DNA from: Gemmatimonadota bacterium
GTDB taxonomy: Bacteria > Gemmatimonadota > Gemmatimonadetes > Palauibacterales > Palauibacteraceae
Reading direction: 5' to 3'
NCBI GenBank assembly: GCA_963666735.1
Contig: OY762926.1
Coordinates: 2,016,001-2,080,000, forward strand
Length of the DNA: 64,000 nucleotides
Each line of letters starts with the position of its first letter. The first letter of the stretch is position 1. Positions 1 to 10,282 of the stretch are shown piece after piece. Both the position numbers and the translations under genes were made by a program. The notes under the pieces are model-generated. The model was given only the letters and a program-made list of their open reading frames with translations. It did no database searches and was not told the origin of the DNA.

Positions 1-1
1 C

Positions 2-1174
2 GGCAGGATCAACGATGACCACCTCGAGGCCCACCTGCGCTCGATCACGTACTACGCGCTCTTCTTCCCCGTCGTCGAGGTGCTCGCGTCCGTCGCGCTT
101 GCGCTCATCATCTGGTACGGGGGCAACCAGGCCCTGCAGGGGACGCTCACGATCGGGGTCATCGCGGCCTTTCTGCAGTACGCGAGACGGTTCTTCCGCC
201 CCATCCAGGATCTGTCCGAGAAGTACAACATCCTGCAGGGCGCGATGGCGAGCTCGGAGCGGATCTTCGGGCTCCTGGACGAGGCGCCGGGCATCGAGGA
301 CCCGACGGACCCGACGGACCTCCCTACGGATCTGAGGGGCCGCATCGAGTTCGAGGACGTCTGGTTCCGGTATCTGTCGCCGGAGGAGGACGCGGCGGGG
401 GTCACGACGCCCGCTTTGGCCCACGCCGCGGCCTGGGAGGGGGCGGAGGGGCGGCTCGACGAGGACGCGCCGGACGATGGCTGGGTGCTGCGCGGCATCA
501 GCTTCACCGCGGAGCCGGGGCAGCGGCTCGCGGTCGTCGGAGCGACCGGAGCGGGCAAGACGACGCTGTTCAGCCTCCTCATGCGCTTCTACGAGCCGCA
601 GCGCGGGCGCATCACGCTCGACGGGATCGACATCCGGGAGCTCCGGCTCTCCGACCTTCGCCAACAGATGGGCCTCGTGCTGCAGGACGTCTATCTCTTC
701 TCGGGCTCCGCCGCGAACAACATCGCGCTCGACCGCGAGGAGGTAGGGCGGGACGAGATCCGCAAGGCGGCCCGGCAGGTCGGGGTCGACCGGCACCTCG
801 CGCGGCTGCCGAAGAAATACGACGAGCCGCTGAGCGAGCGGGGGGGCAACCTGTCGGTCGGCGAGCGCCAGCTGGTGTCTTTCGCCCGCGCGCTCGCGGG
901 GGATCCGCCCATCCTGCTCCTGGACGAGGCGACGAGTTCGGTGGACTCGGAGATCGAGGCGGAGATCCAGGCGGCGCTGGAGCGCCTGATGGAGGGGCGG
1001 ACGAGCCTCGTCATCGCGCACCGCCTCTCCACGATCCGGGGGGCCGATCGCATCCTCGTGCTCCACCACGGACTTGTCAGCGAATCCGGCACGCACGACA
1101 CGCTGCTGGAGAGCGGAGGGCTCTACGCGCAACTCCACCGCCTCCAGTTCCAGAAGCCGACGGCCGCCGCATGA
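2..1174 (+). CDS. ABC exporter, fused permease/ATPase (MsbA/MdlB-like), 5'-truncated by window edge
   Basis: Frame open from base 2; TM helices then Walker A GATGAGKT, signature LSVGERQ, Walker B ILLLDEATS, IAHRLST. Confidence 0.93.
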   Translation, partial: GRINDDHLEAHLRSITYYALFFPVVEVLASVALALIIWYGGNQALQGTLTIGVIAAFLQYARRFFRPIQDLSEKYNILQGAMASSERIFGLLDEAPGIEDPTDPTDLPTDLRGRIEFEDVWFRYLSPEEDAAGVTTPALAHAAAWEGAEGRLDEDAPDDGWVLRGISFTAEPGQRLAVVGATGAGKTTLFSLLMRFYEPQRGRITLDGIDIRELRLSDLRQQMGLVLQDVYLFSGSAANNIALDREEVGRDEIRKAARQVGVDRHLARLPKKYDEPLSERGGNLSVGERQLVSFARALAGDPPILLLDEATSSVDSEIEAEIQAALERLMEGRTSLVIAHRLSTIRGADRILVLHHGLVSESGTHDTLLESGGLYAQLHRLQFQKPTAAA

Positions 1175-1389
1175 ACGCCGTGCTGGACTGGGCGGCGGCG
1201 CTGGATCCGCGCCTCGTGCTCCTCTCCCTCATCGGGGTCCTGAACCTCTGGGCGACCGGCGTCACCGCGCTTTCCCGGGCGCCGACGCGAGAAAAGATGC
1301 TCTGGGTCGCGGTGATCTTCCTCTGCCCCATCGTCGGCAGCGTGCTCTGGTTCGTGTTCGGCCCGAAGCTCTGGGCGGAGCGGCGCTAG
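1171..1389 (+). CDS. Small membrane protein, PLDc_N-like domain
   Basis: 72 aa, two hydrophobic helices, K-x-x-W...P-x-x-G-x-x-x-W pattern (KMLWVAVIFLCPIVGSVLWFVFG); ATGA overlap with the ABC gene. Confidence 0.75.
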   Translation: MNAVLDWAAALDPRLVLLSLIGVLNLWATGVTALSRAPTREKMLWVAVIFLCPIVGSVLWFVFGPKLWAERR

Positions 1390-1483
1390 CTCCGGACACC
1401 GGCGTCACAACGGGCATGGTTCACAGGGACTCCCGAAACCCGGGCACCTCACGTCGCTCCCTCGGGTGGCGCTGGACCGCGGG

Positions 1484-2827
1484 TCAGGACGGCCAGAGCG
1501 GACGCAGCAGATCCGCCGTGCGGGCGCCGGCGCCGGCGCCCGCCTCGACGAACGCGCGGGCGGCCCGGGCGTGGCGCCGACGGCGAGGCGGGTGGGCCAG
1601 CCCGGCCAAGGTGTCCGCGAGCGCGCCGGCCGGGGAGACGAGTGCGCCGCCGGCCGACGCGAGGGCGCGGGCGTCGGCCCGGTCGTGACGCGGGCCGAAG
1701 ATGACGGGCAGCCCGGCCGCCGCGGGCTCGAGCACGTTGTGGAGCCCGGCGCCCCCGAGGCCGCCGCCGACATAGGCCACATCGGCCGCCGCGTACAACT
1801 CCGCGAGCCGGCCCACTTCGTCGAAGACGATGACGGAGGCGTCGCGCCCCGCGGCCGTATCGCCGATCTCGGTCCAGCGGATGACGCGTTCCCCGCGGGC
1901 CGTGCAAGACGCGACGAGGGCGTCGACGTGCGCGGCGGTCGGCTCGTGGGGCGCGATCACGAACTGCCAGCCCGGGCCGCCACCCCGTCGCACGGCCGCC
2001 GCGGCATCGAGCAGCGCTCGCTCGTCAACGGGCCACGTAGAGCCAGCAACGAGCCGCGGCGGCGCCCGGTCCGCTGCTCCGTCCCCGGCTCGATCCTCCG
2101 GTCCGAGCGCAGAGAGGAAAAACACGGCCGAGCCGGCGGCGCGAGCGCGGTCGGCCCGCTCGAGCGCCAGGTCGAACGCCGCGTCCCCCGTCACCGTCAT
2201 CGCCTTCGGCCGGACGCCGAGCGCTTCGAGTCGCCGCGCGTCCTCCGGGCTCGCGGCGCCGACCGCGTCCAACCGCGCATACGAAGCGCGGAAGAGCCGG
2301 CGGGCGAGGGCGCCGGAGCGCCGGCTCCCGTCGCGGACCGTGCCGTTGATGAGCGCGACGGGCACTCCGGCCCGGTGCGCCGCGGCCACGAGTCCGGGCC
2401 ACACGTCCAACTTCGCGAACACGAGCAGGGCGGGGCGGACGGCGGCGAGCGCCGCATCGCAGTCCCGCGCGCGGTCGAGGGGCGGCGGGCCCGAATGATC
2501 CGGATCCAGCCACGCGAGCGCGGCCCGGCCCGATGGCGAGCCGTACGTGACGACGAGCTGCGCCCGCGCGCCGGCGCGCAATGCGGACGACGAACAACGC
2601 AGACCCCGGATCGCCGGCGCCGCGCCGAGCAGTTCGCCGGCGGAAGCGCCGTGGAGCCACACGAGCGGCCCGGGCGCCCGACCCCACCCCCACGCGCCCA
2701 ACTCCGCGGCGGCGCCCCGCCGGGTCGCCACCGCCCGCGCGATGTCCGGCCGGGCGCGCCGAAGCAGCGGCGCCGCCGCGAGCGCGACGCCGGCGAGCGC
2801 CTCCGTAAGGCGCGCCCCGGCGTTCAC
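1484..2827 (-). CDS. waaA: 3-deoxy-D-manno-octulosonic acid (Kdo) transferase
   Basis: LVWLHGASAGE, PPLD, DVWP, VAGSTW, IAPHEP, AYVGGG and HNVLEPAA motifs typical of KdtA/WaaA. Confidence 0.88.
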   Translation of the reverse strand: MNAGARLTEALAGVALAAAPLLRRARPDIARAVATRRGAAAELGAWGWGRAPGPLVWLHGASAGELLGAAPAIRGLRCSSSALRAGARAQLVVTYGSPSGRAALAWLDPDHSGPPPLDRARDCDAALAAVRPALLVFAKLDVWPGLVAAAHRAGVPVALINGTVRDGSRRSGALARRLFRASYARLDAVGAASPEDARRLEALGVRPKAMTVTGDAAFDLALERADRARAAGSAVFFLSALGPEDRAGDGAADRAPPRLVAGSTWPVDERALLDAAAAVRRGGGPGWQFVIAPHEPTAAHVDALVASCTARGERVIRWTEIGDTAAGRDASVIVFDEVGRLAELYAAADVAYVGGGLGGAGLHNVLEPAAAGLPVIFGPRHDRADARALASAGGALVSPAGALADTLAGLAHPPRRRRHARAARAFVEAGAGAGARTADLLRPLWPS

Positions 2828-2877
2828 GACCGTACTCCGGAACTTTTCGCCCGCGGCCCGTATCCATATTCTCCGGC

Positions 2878-3576
2878 GTGCGCTATCTCGGGAACAACAC
2901 GAAGCTCGTCCCCTCCCTGCTGGAGACCGTGGACCGGTTCCAGGAGGCGCCCGGCAACGGAGAGCGGGAGATCGGCTACCGCGCCCTGCTCAAGGGGCTG
3001 GACAGGGAGGGACTGGACGAGGAGAGGCCGGACGGCGAGGGGCCGGGCCGGCGCGGGTTCATCTTCGAGCACTACACGAGTGGCGGAGCCGCCGGCCGGG
3101 TAGCGAACACCCCGGGCGTGTACGCCTCGTTCGTGAAGACGATGCAGCCGAACGCCCCGCGCCCTCTCGAACTCCGCCCCATCGAACCGACCCGGCGCCA
3201 AAAGGGAGCCGGAGCCTGCAGCGCGTTTCGCGCACCCGCCGCCCGGCTCCTGGAATCCGTCGATCCCGTCGATCTCGTCTATCTCGACCCTCCTTACAAC
3301 GGCCGGCAATATCCCGCGTATTATCACATCCCGGAACTCCTCGCGCTCGGCTGGGCAACGCCGCCGGAGATTCGGGGGAAGACGGGACTCATACCCGACG
3401 AGGGGCACCTGGACCGCGCCGCCATTGAGGAGATGCTGCGCGAACGGGGCCTGCCCGACAGCTACGCGGTCCACGACCGGCCCTACCGCCGCTACCGGAG
3501 CGACGCCGACGGCCCCCGGCGGAGCTACCTGCGCGACGACGTGCGAGAACACCTCCACTACGTCAGATGCGCGTGA
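2878..3576 (+). pseudogene. D12-class (FokI/NlaIII-like) N6-adenine DNA methyltransferase with internal in-frame deletions
   Basis: Starts MRYLGN.TKL; has VANT.GVY..FVK and catalytic DLVYLDPPY..RQY..YYH; no FxGxG SAM-binding motif I and no SYNxEG block; only 232 aa. Confidence 0.72.
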
Positions 3577-4775
3577 GCCCGGAAAGCGCCGTGCGCCCCG
3601 AGAGCCCGGAGAGCGCCGTGCGCCCCGAGAGCTCGGCGAGCCCCGAGAGCCCGGGCCTCCCCGCCTCCCGCGCGCGCTCAGTGTTCCGGCTGCTCCCGCT
3701 GCTCCTGCTGTGCGCGGGTGCGTGCTCTCCGGCGTACGTCCTGCGCGCGGGCTGGGAGGAGGCCCGCATTCTTTCGGCGCGCCGCCCCATCCGGGCCGTG
3801 ATCCACGACACGACCGTGGCCCGCGAGACCCGTGACAAGCTCCGACTCGTCCTCGACGCGAGGGATTTCGCGGAACGCGACCTGGGGCTGCGCGCGGGCG
3901 CGAGCTACGAGTCCTTCGCGCAGCTCAATCGCGACACCCTGGTCCTGAACGTGCTCGCGGCCCCGGAGTTCGCGCTGGGCTGGAAGATGTGGTGGTTCCC
4001 CATCGTCGGCCACCTCCCCTACAAGGGATACTTCGACTTCGACGACGCCCGCGCGGAGGCCGCCAGCCTGGCCGAGGACGGCTATGACGTCTCGGTCCGG
4101 CCGGTCTCCGCCTTCTCGACGCTGGGCTGGTTCCCCGACCCCATCATGTCCACGACGCTGGGGCTCGACAGCCTGGGGCTGGTGGAGACCGTGATCCACG
4201 AGATCACGCACAGCACGTACTTCCCCACCGGGCAGGCGGATTTCAACGAGAGCTTCGCGAACTTCGTCGGGCACCGCGGCGCCATCGAATTCTTCTGCGA
4301 GGCCGTGGCGGACGAGAGTGCGTGCCAGCGGGCGCGGTGGAGGTGGGAGGACACGCGCGTATTCGGCGACTTCTTCCATTCCATTCTCGCGCCGCTGGAG
4401 GAGGTGTACGCCTCCGCCCTGCCGGACGAGGCGAAACGTGCGGCCAAGCGCGAAGTGTTCGAGGACGCGGCCCGGCGCTTCGAGACGGAGTACATCCCGC
4501 GGCTCCACGCGCGGTACGGCGCGATCGACCCGGACGGTCTCGACAACGCGTGGGTCATCTCGCGCCTTCTCTACTACACGAGGCTGGATGACTTCGAGCG
4601 TGTCTACGAGTCGCACGGCGCGCTGGTTCCCTCCGTCGAAGCGCTGATGGCGGAGGCCGCGGCCGGCGACCCGTGGGAGGCCCTGACGCGCCTGGCGGGT
4701 CCCGCGGACACGGGCTCGGGCGGAACGGGCCCCGGCGCAACCGACAACTCCGAAACCACGGAAGGTTCGAAATGA
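3567..4775 (+). CDS. Putative zinc aminopeptidase (Aminopep family), probable lipoprotein
   Basis: WWFPIVG..PYKGYF, AFSTLGWFPDP, HEITH zinc motif, FNESFANFVG; hydrophobic signal ending in AC. Confidence 0.85.
   Translation: MRVSPESAVRPESPESAVRPESSASPESPGLPASRARSVFRLLPLLLLCAGACSPAYVLRAGWEEARILSARRPIRAVIHDTTVARETRDKLRLVLDARDFAERDLGLRAGASYESFAQLNRDTLVLNVLAAPEFALGWKMWWFPIVGHLPYKGYFDFDDARAEAASLAEDGYDVSVRPVSAFSTLGWFPDPIMSTTLGLDSLGLVETVIHEITHSTYFPTGQADFNESFANFVGHRGAIEFFCEAVADESACQRARWRWEDTRVFGDFFHSILAPLEEVYASALPDEAKRAAKREVFEDAARRFETEYIPRLHARYGAIDPDGLDNAWVISRLLYYTRLDDFERVYESHGALVPSVEALMAEAAAGDPWEALTRLAGPADTGSGGTGPGATDNSETTEGSK
3575..3655 (+). repeat. 27-bp tandem repeat (2 copies plus a degenerate part) encoding SPESAVRPE
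   Basis: gagcccgga(a/g)agcgccgtgcgccccga twice in tandem at the methylase/aminopeptidase junction. Confidence 0.85.
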
Positions 4776-5059
4776 CGGAAACGTTCGCCTGCGTGCGCTG
4801 CGACCGCGGCGACCGGGGAAGGATCGACCGCGTCCCGTTCCCCAGCGCGTTGGGAGAGCGGATCGTGGCCGAGATCTGCGCCGCCTGCTGGGAGGAGTGG
4901 AAGGAGCGCCAGATGCTCCTCATCAACCACTACGGGCTCAAGCTCCACGAAGCCGCGGCGCGAGAGTTCCTCTACAAGAACCTCCGGATCCACCTCTTCG
5001 GCGAGGAGGGCGCCGCCGCCCGCATCGATACCGACGCGGAAGGGTCCGTCGAGTGGTAG
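4772..5059 (+). CDS. Fe(II)-trafficking / oxidative damage protection protein (YggX-like)
   Basis: PFPSALGERI..EIC..CWEEWK..Q..LINHYGL......REFL pattern; ATG at 4772 overlaps the upstream stop (ATGA). Confidence 0.88.
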   Translation: MTETFACVRCDRGDRGRIDRVPFPSALGERIVAEICAACWEEWKERQMLLINHYGLKLHEAAAREFLYKNLRIHLFGEEGAAARIDTDAEGSVEW

Positions 5060-5083
5060 CGCACCCGCGCCAGCCGGCCGTCG

Positions 5084-7564
5084 CTACGAAACCACGAGGT
5101 TGAGCATACGGTCCGGGACGTGGATCACCTTCCGGATCGCGACCCCGTCGAGGCGCCGGATCACGTTCGCCTCGGCCAGCGCCGCCTCGCGCACGACGTC
5201 TTCGGGGGCTCCGCGCGCGACCCGGATCGTCGCCCGCAGCCGGCCGTTCACCTGGACCGGGAGTTCGACCTCGTCGACCACGAGCTTGCTCTCGTCCCAG
5301 GCCGGCCACTCGGCGTGATCGAAGATGCTCGACTCACCGCCGAGCCGGACCCACAACTCCTCGGCGATGTGGGGCGCGACCGGCGCGATCATGATCACGA
5401 GCGGCCGCACCTCGTCGACCGAGGCCGTGCGCCCGCCGGCGCGCAAGGTGTTCAGGTAGTCCATCGCGGCGGCGACCGCCGTGTTGTAGCTCAGCGCCTC
5501 GAGGTCCTCCGAGATCTGTTTGATCCCGGCGTGCAGCGCCCGCTCGACGCCGGGATCGTCGAATCCCGTGCGCCCCGCCTCGGCCGCGGCCGTCACGCTG
5601 TCCCACACCTTCTTCAGGAAGCGCTGGGGCCCGGCCAGACCGCTGTCGCGGAAATCCCCGCCCCGCTGGAAGGGGCCGAGGAACATCAGGTACATGCGGA
5701 ACGTGTCCGCGCCGAACCGCGCGATGTATTCGTCGGGCAGGATCACGTTGCCGCGCGACTTCGAGATCTTGGCGCCGTCCCTGATGAGCAGGCCGTGCTT
5801 GCGGAAGCGGTGGTACGGCTCCTCGAACTCGAGGTGCCCGAGATCGTGCAGCACCATCGTGAGGAAGCGTGAGTAGAGGAGGTGGAGGACGGAGTGCTCC
5901 TCGCCGCCGATGTAGCTGCTGACGGGTAGCCACTTCCGCATCCGCGCGGGGTCGAACGGCCGGTCGTCGAACTCGGTCGAGGGGTAGCGCAGGAAGTACC
6001 AGCCCGAATCGAGGAAGGTGTCGGATACATCGGTCTCGCGCCGGGCATTGGCGCCGCACGCCGGACACGCCGCGGCGTGGAAGGCCGGGTCGCGCGCGAG
6101 CGGACTCACGCCCGTCGCCGTGGGGCGGAAGTCCTCCACGTACGGGAGGACGACGGGGAGGTCCTCCTCCGGCACCGCCTGCGGGCCGCAGTCGTCGCAA
6201 TAGATGATGGGGATCGGCGGCCCCCAGTACCGCTGCCGGGAGATGCACCAGTCGTGCAGCCGGTAGTTGACCTCGGCCGCCGCGAGCCCGCGCTCCGCCA
6301 GCCACTCGGTCATCGCCCGCCCGCCCGCGTCGGCCTCCATCCCGCTGAAACGTCCGGAGTTCACGAGAATCTCATCGGCGGTGTGCTCGACGAAGGCGGT
6401 CTCCGCCTCGACTCCGCCGACATCCGCGGGATCCGCACCCTCCGGGAGCGCCGCGCGGGAGCAGACGACCTGAACGATGGACAATCCGAACTGTCGCGCG
6501 AAATCGAAGTCCCGCTGATCGTGTCCGGGCACGGCCATGATCGCGCCGGTGCCGTAGTCCATGAGGACGTAGTCGGCGATCCACACGGGAAGGTCCTCCC
6601 CGGTGGCCGGGTTCCGCGCGTACCCGCCCGTGAAGACGCCGGTCTTCTCGCGATCGTCCGTCTTCTGTCGCTCCACCAGGTCCACGGTTGCGGCCGCGCG
6701 CACGTAGGCTTCCACGTCGGCGCGCCGTTCGTCCGCCGTGAGCCGCCCGACCAGGGGATGCTCCGGCGCAAGCACCATGAAGGTCGCCCCGAACAGCGTG
6801 TCGGGACGCGTCGTGAACACCTCGATCCGATCCCCGGCGCCTTCCGCCCCATCCCCGGCGCCCGAGAGCGGAAAGTGCAGCCGCGCGCCCTCGGAGCGGC
6901 CGATCCAGTTGCGCTGGGCCGTCTTCGTCGTATCGGACCAGTCGATCCAGTCCAGGTTGTCGAGCAGCCGCTGTGCGTAGTCCGTGATCCGGAAGAACCA
7001 CTGGCTCAGCATCCTCTGCTCGACCGCGGTGTCGCACCGTTCGCACAGGCCGGCGATCACCTGCTCGTTCGCGAGGACCGTCTGATCCTTCGGACACCAG
7101 TTGACCGCCGCCTCCTTCTTCTCGGCCAGGCCCGCCTTGAAGAGCTGGATGAAGATCCACTGCGTCCACTTGTAGTAGCGCGGATCCGTCGTATCGACGG
7201 TGCGGGACCAGTCCGTCATGAGGCCCGCCCCCCTCAGCATCCGCTCGAAGTTCCGGATGTTCGAGGGGATCAGCTCCATCGGGTGCGTGTCGACCTTGAG
7301 CGCGTGGTTCTCCGAGTGGATGCCGAACGCGTCGTATCCGATGGGCTCGAAGACGTCATCTCCCCGCAGGCGGCGGAAACGCCCGTAGATGTCGGCCCCC
7401 GTGAAGGCGTACAGGTTCCCGACGTGGAGCCCCTCGGCCGACGGATAGGGGTACATCATGAGGTTGAGGAACGGACGCGCCGCAGCGTCGAGGTCGGGCT
7501 CGTTCGTCCCGTTCTCCTCCCACCAGGTCTGCCACCGCAACTCGATGGCGCTTGGGTCGTACAT
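5084..7564 (-). CDS. leuS: Leucyl-tRNA synthetase
   Basis: MYPYPSAEGLHVGN (HIGH-like), editing domain VFTTRPDT and YGTGAIMAVPGHDQRD, DWCISRQRYWG, KISKS (KMSKS-like), C-terminal VQVNG. Confidence 0.97.
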   Translation of the reverse strand: MYDPSAIELRWQTWWEENGTNEPDLDAAARPFLNLMMYPYPSAEGLHVGNLYAFTGADIYGRFRRLRGDDVFEPIGYDAFGIHSENHALKVDTHPMELIPSNIRNFERMLRGAGLMTDWSRTVDTTDPRYYKWTQWIFIQLFKAGLAEKKEAAVNWCPKDQTVLANEQVIAGLCERCDTAVEQRMLSQWFFRITDYAQRLLDNLDWIDWSDTTKTAQRNWIGRSEGARLHFPLSGAGDGAEGAGDRIEVFTTRPDTLFGATFMVLAPEHPLVGRLTADERRADVEAYVRAAATVDLVERQKTDDREKTGVFTGGYARNPATGEDLPVWIADYVLMDYGTGAIMAVPGHDQRDFDFARQFGLSIVQVVCSRAALPEGADPADVGGVEAETAFVEHTADEILVNSGRFSGMEADAGGRAMTEWLAERGLAAAEVNYRLHDWCISRQRYWGPPIPIIYCDDCGPQAVPEEDLPVVLPYVEDFRPTATGVSPLARDPAFHAAACPACGANARRETDVSDTFLDSGWYFLRYPSTEFDDRPFDPARMRKWLPVSSYIGGEEHSVLHLLYSRFLTMVLHDLGHLEFEEPYHRFRKHGLLIRDGAKISKSRGNVILPDEYIARFGADTFRMYLMFLGPFQRGGDFRDSGLAGPQRFLKKVWDSVTAAAEAGRTGFDDPGVERALHAGIKQISEDLEALSYNTAVAAAMDYLNTLRAGGRTASVDEVRPLVIMIAPVAPHIAEELWVRLGGESSIFDHAEWPAWDESKLVVDEVELPVQVNGRLRATIRVARGAPEDVVREAALAEANVIRRLDGVAIRKVIHVPDRMLNLVVS

Positions 7565-7687
7565 GAGTCGCGGGTCCGCTCCGTCTACGGGATCACGCCG
7601 GGGAGATGCACGAGACGGCGGCACCCTGCGGAGATCGCCGTCCGGCCGCACAAGATGGGGCCGGAACGGCGACCGAACAACTTGCGG

Positions 7688-8095
7688 CTAGTCTTCCCGG
7701 CCGGGGCCGGGGACCATGTGGTCCAGGCTGAACTTGCCGTTGCCCGTCGTCCACAGGAAGAGGAAGATGGCGCAGTACAGGACGGCGAGTTCTCCGCCGT
7801 TCACGATCGGCCAGAATTCCATCTCGCGGGCGAAGAAGTGTCGCCACCAGTAGACCACGGCGAAGTGCCCCGTGAGGAGGAAGGCGACCCAGCGCGTCCG
7901 GATCCCGAGGATGATGAGGATCGGCGGGAAGAACTCGATGATGCCCGCAATGCCCACGGGCCACGAGAACCAGTTGCCGACGGCTTCCCTTCCGAACATG
8001 CCGAGGAGCTTCTGGGCTCCGTGCTGCCATAGCATGAGGCCGGCTGTGACCCGGAGCACGGCGTGGGTGGTTTCCTTCGAGACAGGTGCATTCAT
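7688..8095 (-). CDS. DoxX-family membrane protein
   Basis: LRV..GL...QHGAQKL.G, AGIIE, NGGELAVLYC..FL....G.G..SLD. Confidence 0.85.
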   Translation of the reverse strand: MNAPVSKETTHAVLRVTAGLMLWQHGAQKLLGMFGREAVGNWFSWPVGIAGIIEFFPPILIILGIRTRWVAFLLTGHFAVVYWWRHFFAREMEFWPIVNGGELAVLYCAIFLFLWTTGNGKFSLDHMVPGPGRED

Positions 8096-8170
8096 GGCGC
8101 CTCCCATGCGCTGGGCTCCGGCGTCCGAGGCCGCTTGCAGGCCCGGAAGTGCCGCCGTAGCCTTGCGACC

Positions 8171-8848
8171 ATGATGCCGGTTGATTCTCCGCGCGCACAA
8201 GACGGAACGTTCGAGGGCGAAATCCCCGTTCGCATTCCGCTGGCCCTTCTGCTGACCCTCAGGGACCTCGACACGCCCGATGATCCGCGGGAACTCGAGG
8301 AAGTGGACCTCTCCCTGAACCTGCGGCGGCGGCTGGGGCTTTCGAGTGTCGTGCTCAAGCAGATTCGCCGCTACGAGGAGTACGACGGGGAGGTGGGCGC
8401 CGCCGAAGTGGCGAGCCTGTTCGAACTCATCGCCAAGCGGATCGATGCTCCGGAGATCTTCGCCTCGACGGGACGCCGGATCACGCTCGAGGCTTTCGGC
8501 CCCAATGCGCGCGTGACCCTTCGCTTCGGGTGGCGGCTGATCCCTCTCGGTCTCCGCCGGATCCTCGCCTGGAGGCGAGTGAAGAGAATCGCCCGCCGTC
8601 TCAGCCCCTCATCGGAGGTCCGGATTGCGAAGGGGATGAACCGGCTCGTGATCGAACGCGGCCTCCCCGCGCTGTCCACGGCCGGCAAGGGCGGACGCGG
8701 CTGCGAGATCCTGTCCGGGATCATCGACGAGTCGTTCCGGACGTATCGGGCAGGGGCGGGCGACGTGTCGCACCCACAGTGCGAAGCCTCCGGCGACGAT
8801 CACTGCCTGTGGGTCTTCGAGGCGACCCCGAGCGCGAACCCGGACTGA
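8171..8848 (+). CDS. Hypothetical protein with C-terminal V4R-like domain
   Basis: GC....G.....F...HPQCEASGDDHCLWVF matches the V4R cysteine pattern. Confidence 0.65.
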   Translation: MMPVDSPRAQDGTFEGEIPVRIPLALLLTLRDLDTPDDPRELEEVDLSLNLRRRLGLSSVVLKQIRRYEEYDGEVGAAEVASLFELIAKRIDAPEIFASTGRRITLEAFGPNARVTLRFGWRLIPLGLRRILAWRRVKRIARRLSPSSEVRIAKGMNRLVIERGLPALSTAGKGGRGCEILSGIIDESFRTYRAGAGDVSHPQCEASGDDHCLWVFEATPSANPD

Positions 8849-8881
8849 CTCCCGGCGTCGGATCGCGGCGCCGGCGTCGGA

Positions 8882-9775
8882 TCAACCGTCTCCGTGCCGT
8901 CCGTCCACCTGCGGTTCGACGTGCACGGTCACGTCGGTGAATCCGATCTGGGCGGCGACCCGCCGCTCCACTTCATCGGCGATTTCGTGGGCGCTGACCA
9001 CCGTTTCGCCGGGTGCGACCTGGACCGTGAGTTCCGCGAAGCGCCCGACCGACTGCCCGCGCGAACGCACCCGGGTCACGGCCCGCACGCCGGGCACCCG
9101 GCTCGCCACGCCTTCGATCTCCCGCGGATCGACGGCCCGCTCGTCGACGAGGACGGGGACGGTCTCGCGGAAGATCTTGTAGCCGGAACGGGCCACGACG
9201 AGCGCCACGACGAGGGCGAGCCATGCATCGGCCGCGGCCCAGCCCGTCCAGTCGGTGATCGCCAGCCCGACCAGGACTCCGGCCGTCACCAGGACGTCGG
9301 ACGCCGTGTGCCGCGCGTCCGCCGCGAGGATCTCGCTCGACAACCTCCGGCTCGCCCGCGCTTCGCCCAGCGCAACGGCCGTGTTCACGACGATGACGGC
9401 GGTGAGCACGACCAGCATCTCGGGCTGGATGCCGGGGGGAGCGCCGCCCCGAACGAGGCGGCCGAGCGCGCTCTGTACGAGTTCGAAGCAGGTGACCGAG
9501 AGGAAGGCGGCGACGGCCAGCGCCGCGAGCGTCTCGAACTTGCCGTGTCCGTAGGGATGTTCGGCGTCCGGCGGGGCGGCCGCGAGGCGCATCGCGGCAA
9601 GGCCCACGACGTTGTTGATCGCATCGACGCCGGAATGGGCCGCGTCGCCCAGCACGGCGATCGACCCCGAGCGCAGCCCCACGATCAGCTTCGCCGCGAT
9701 CACCGCCACGTTCGCGAGCAGCACCCACAGGAGGATGCGGCGCACTTGTCCGTGGCGCTCCGCGGGCGAATTCAC
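8882..9775 (-). CDS. Cation diffusion facilitator transporter (FieF-like)
   Basis: DAAHSGVD, PPDAEHPYGHGKFE, ADARHTASD, C-terminal AHEIADEVE...VTVHVEP; GTG start at 9775 inferred. Confidence 0.92.
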   Translation of the reverse strand: MNSPAERHGQVRRILLWVLLANVAVIAAKLIVGLRSGSIAVLGDAAHSGVDAINNVVGLAAMRLAAAPPDAEHPYGHGKFETLAALAVAAFLSVTCFELVQSALGRLVRGGAPPGIQPEMLVVLTAVIVVNTAVALGEARASRRLSSEILAADARHTASDVLVTAGVLVGLAITDWTGWAAADAWLALVVALVVARSGYKIFRETVPVLVDERAVDPREIEGVASRVPGVRAVTRVRSRGQSVGRFAELTVQVAPGETVVSAHEIADEVERRVAAQIGFTDVTVHVEPQVDGRHGDG

Positions 9776-9785
9776 CGCCTCGGAC

Positions 9786-10106
9786 TCATCGCTTGAAGCG
9801 ACGCCCCCGGCTGAAGTCCGGTTTCGAGGAGTACGGCTCGAGCCCTTCCGCCTCGCCGTCTCCCTCGTCTTCTCCCTCTTCGACTTCCCCCTCCCGCAGC
9901 ACCGCGTCGAAGCGGCTCGAACGGGCGCGCTGCCGCCCCCCCAGCAACCAGCGCCAGGGCGAATCGCGCGGCGCCCTGCCCGTCGGCGCATGCTTGTCGT
10001 AGAGCCCCGGAGAGCCGAGCCCCACCCAGATGCCGAAGGCGAGGGCGAGGACCGCGCCCAGAGAGCCGGCGATGATCAGGATCCGGGCCAGCGTGTCTTC
10101 GGTCAT
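9786..10106 (-). CDS. Hypothetical single-TM protein with acidic C-terminal tail
   Basis: 106 aa; N-terminal hydrophobic helix; directly upstream of and co-oriented with the CDF gene. Confidence 0.6.
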   Translation of the reverse strand: MTEDTLARILIIAGSLGAVLALAFGIWVGLGSPGLYDKHAPTGRAPRDSPWRWLLGGRQRARSSRFDAVLREGEVEEGEDEGDGEAEGLEPYSSKPDFSRGRRFKR

Positions 10107-10282
10107 GAAACTCCGCGCTTGGTCGCGCTGGTGCGTGGGGTGCTTGCCTGCGCCGCGGGGCGTCGTCTACTGTCACGCGGAGCAGCCCCCGGCCGGCTCG
10201 CTGGTGTCGACACTAGATGGCGCCCCCGGCGGCCCCGTGACAAGCGCGCCGGCCTGGTTCCCCCTCCGATTCGAGCGATTCC

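Noticed and set aside
5755..5775. KISKS instead of KMSKS in LeuS
   Set aside because: Conservative variation within class I synthetases; not evidence of altered function
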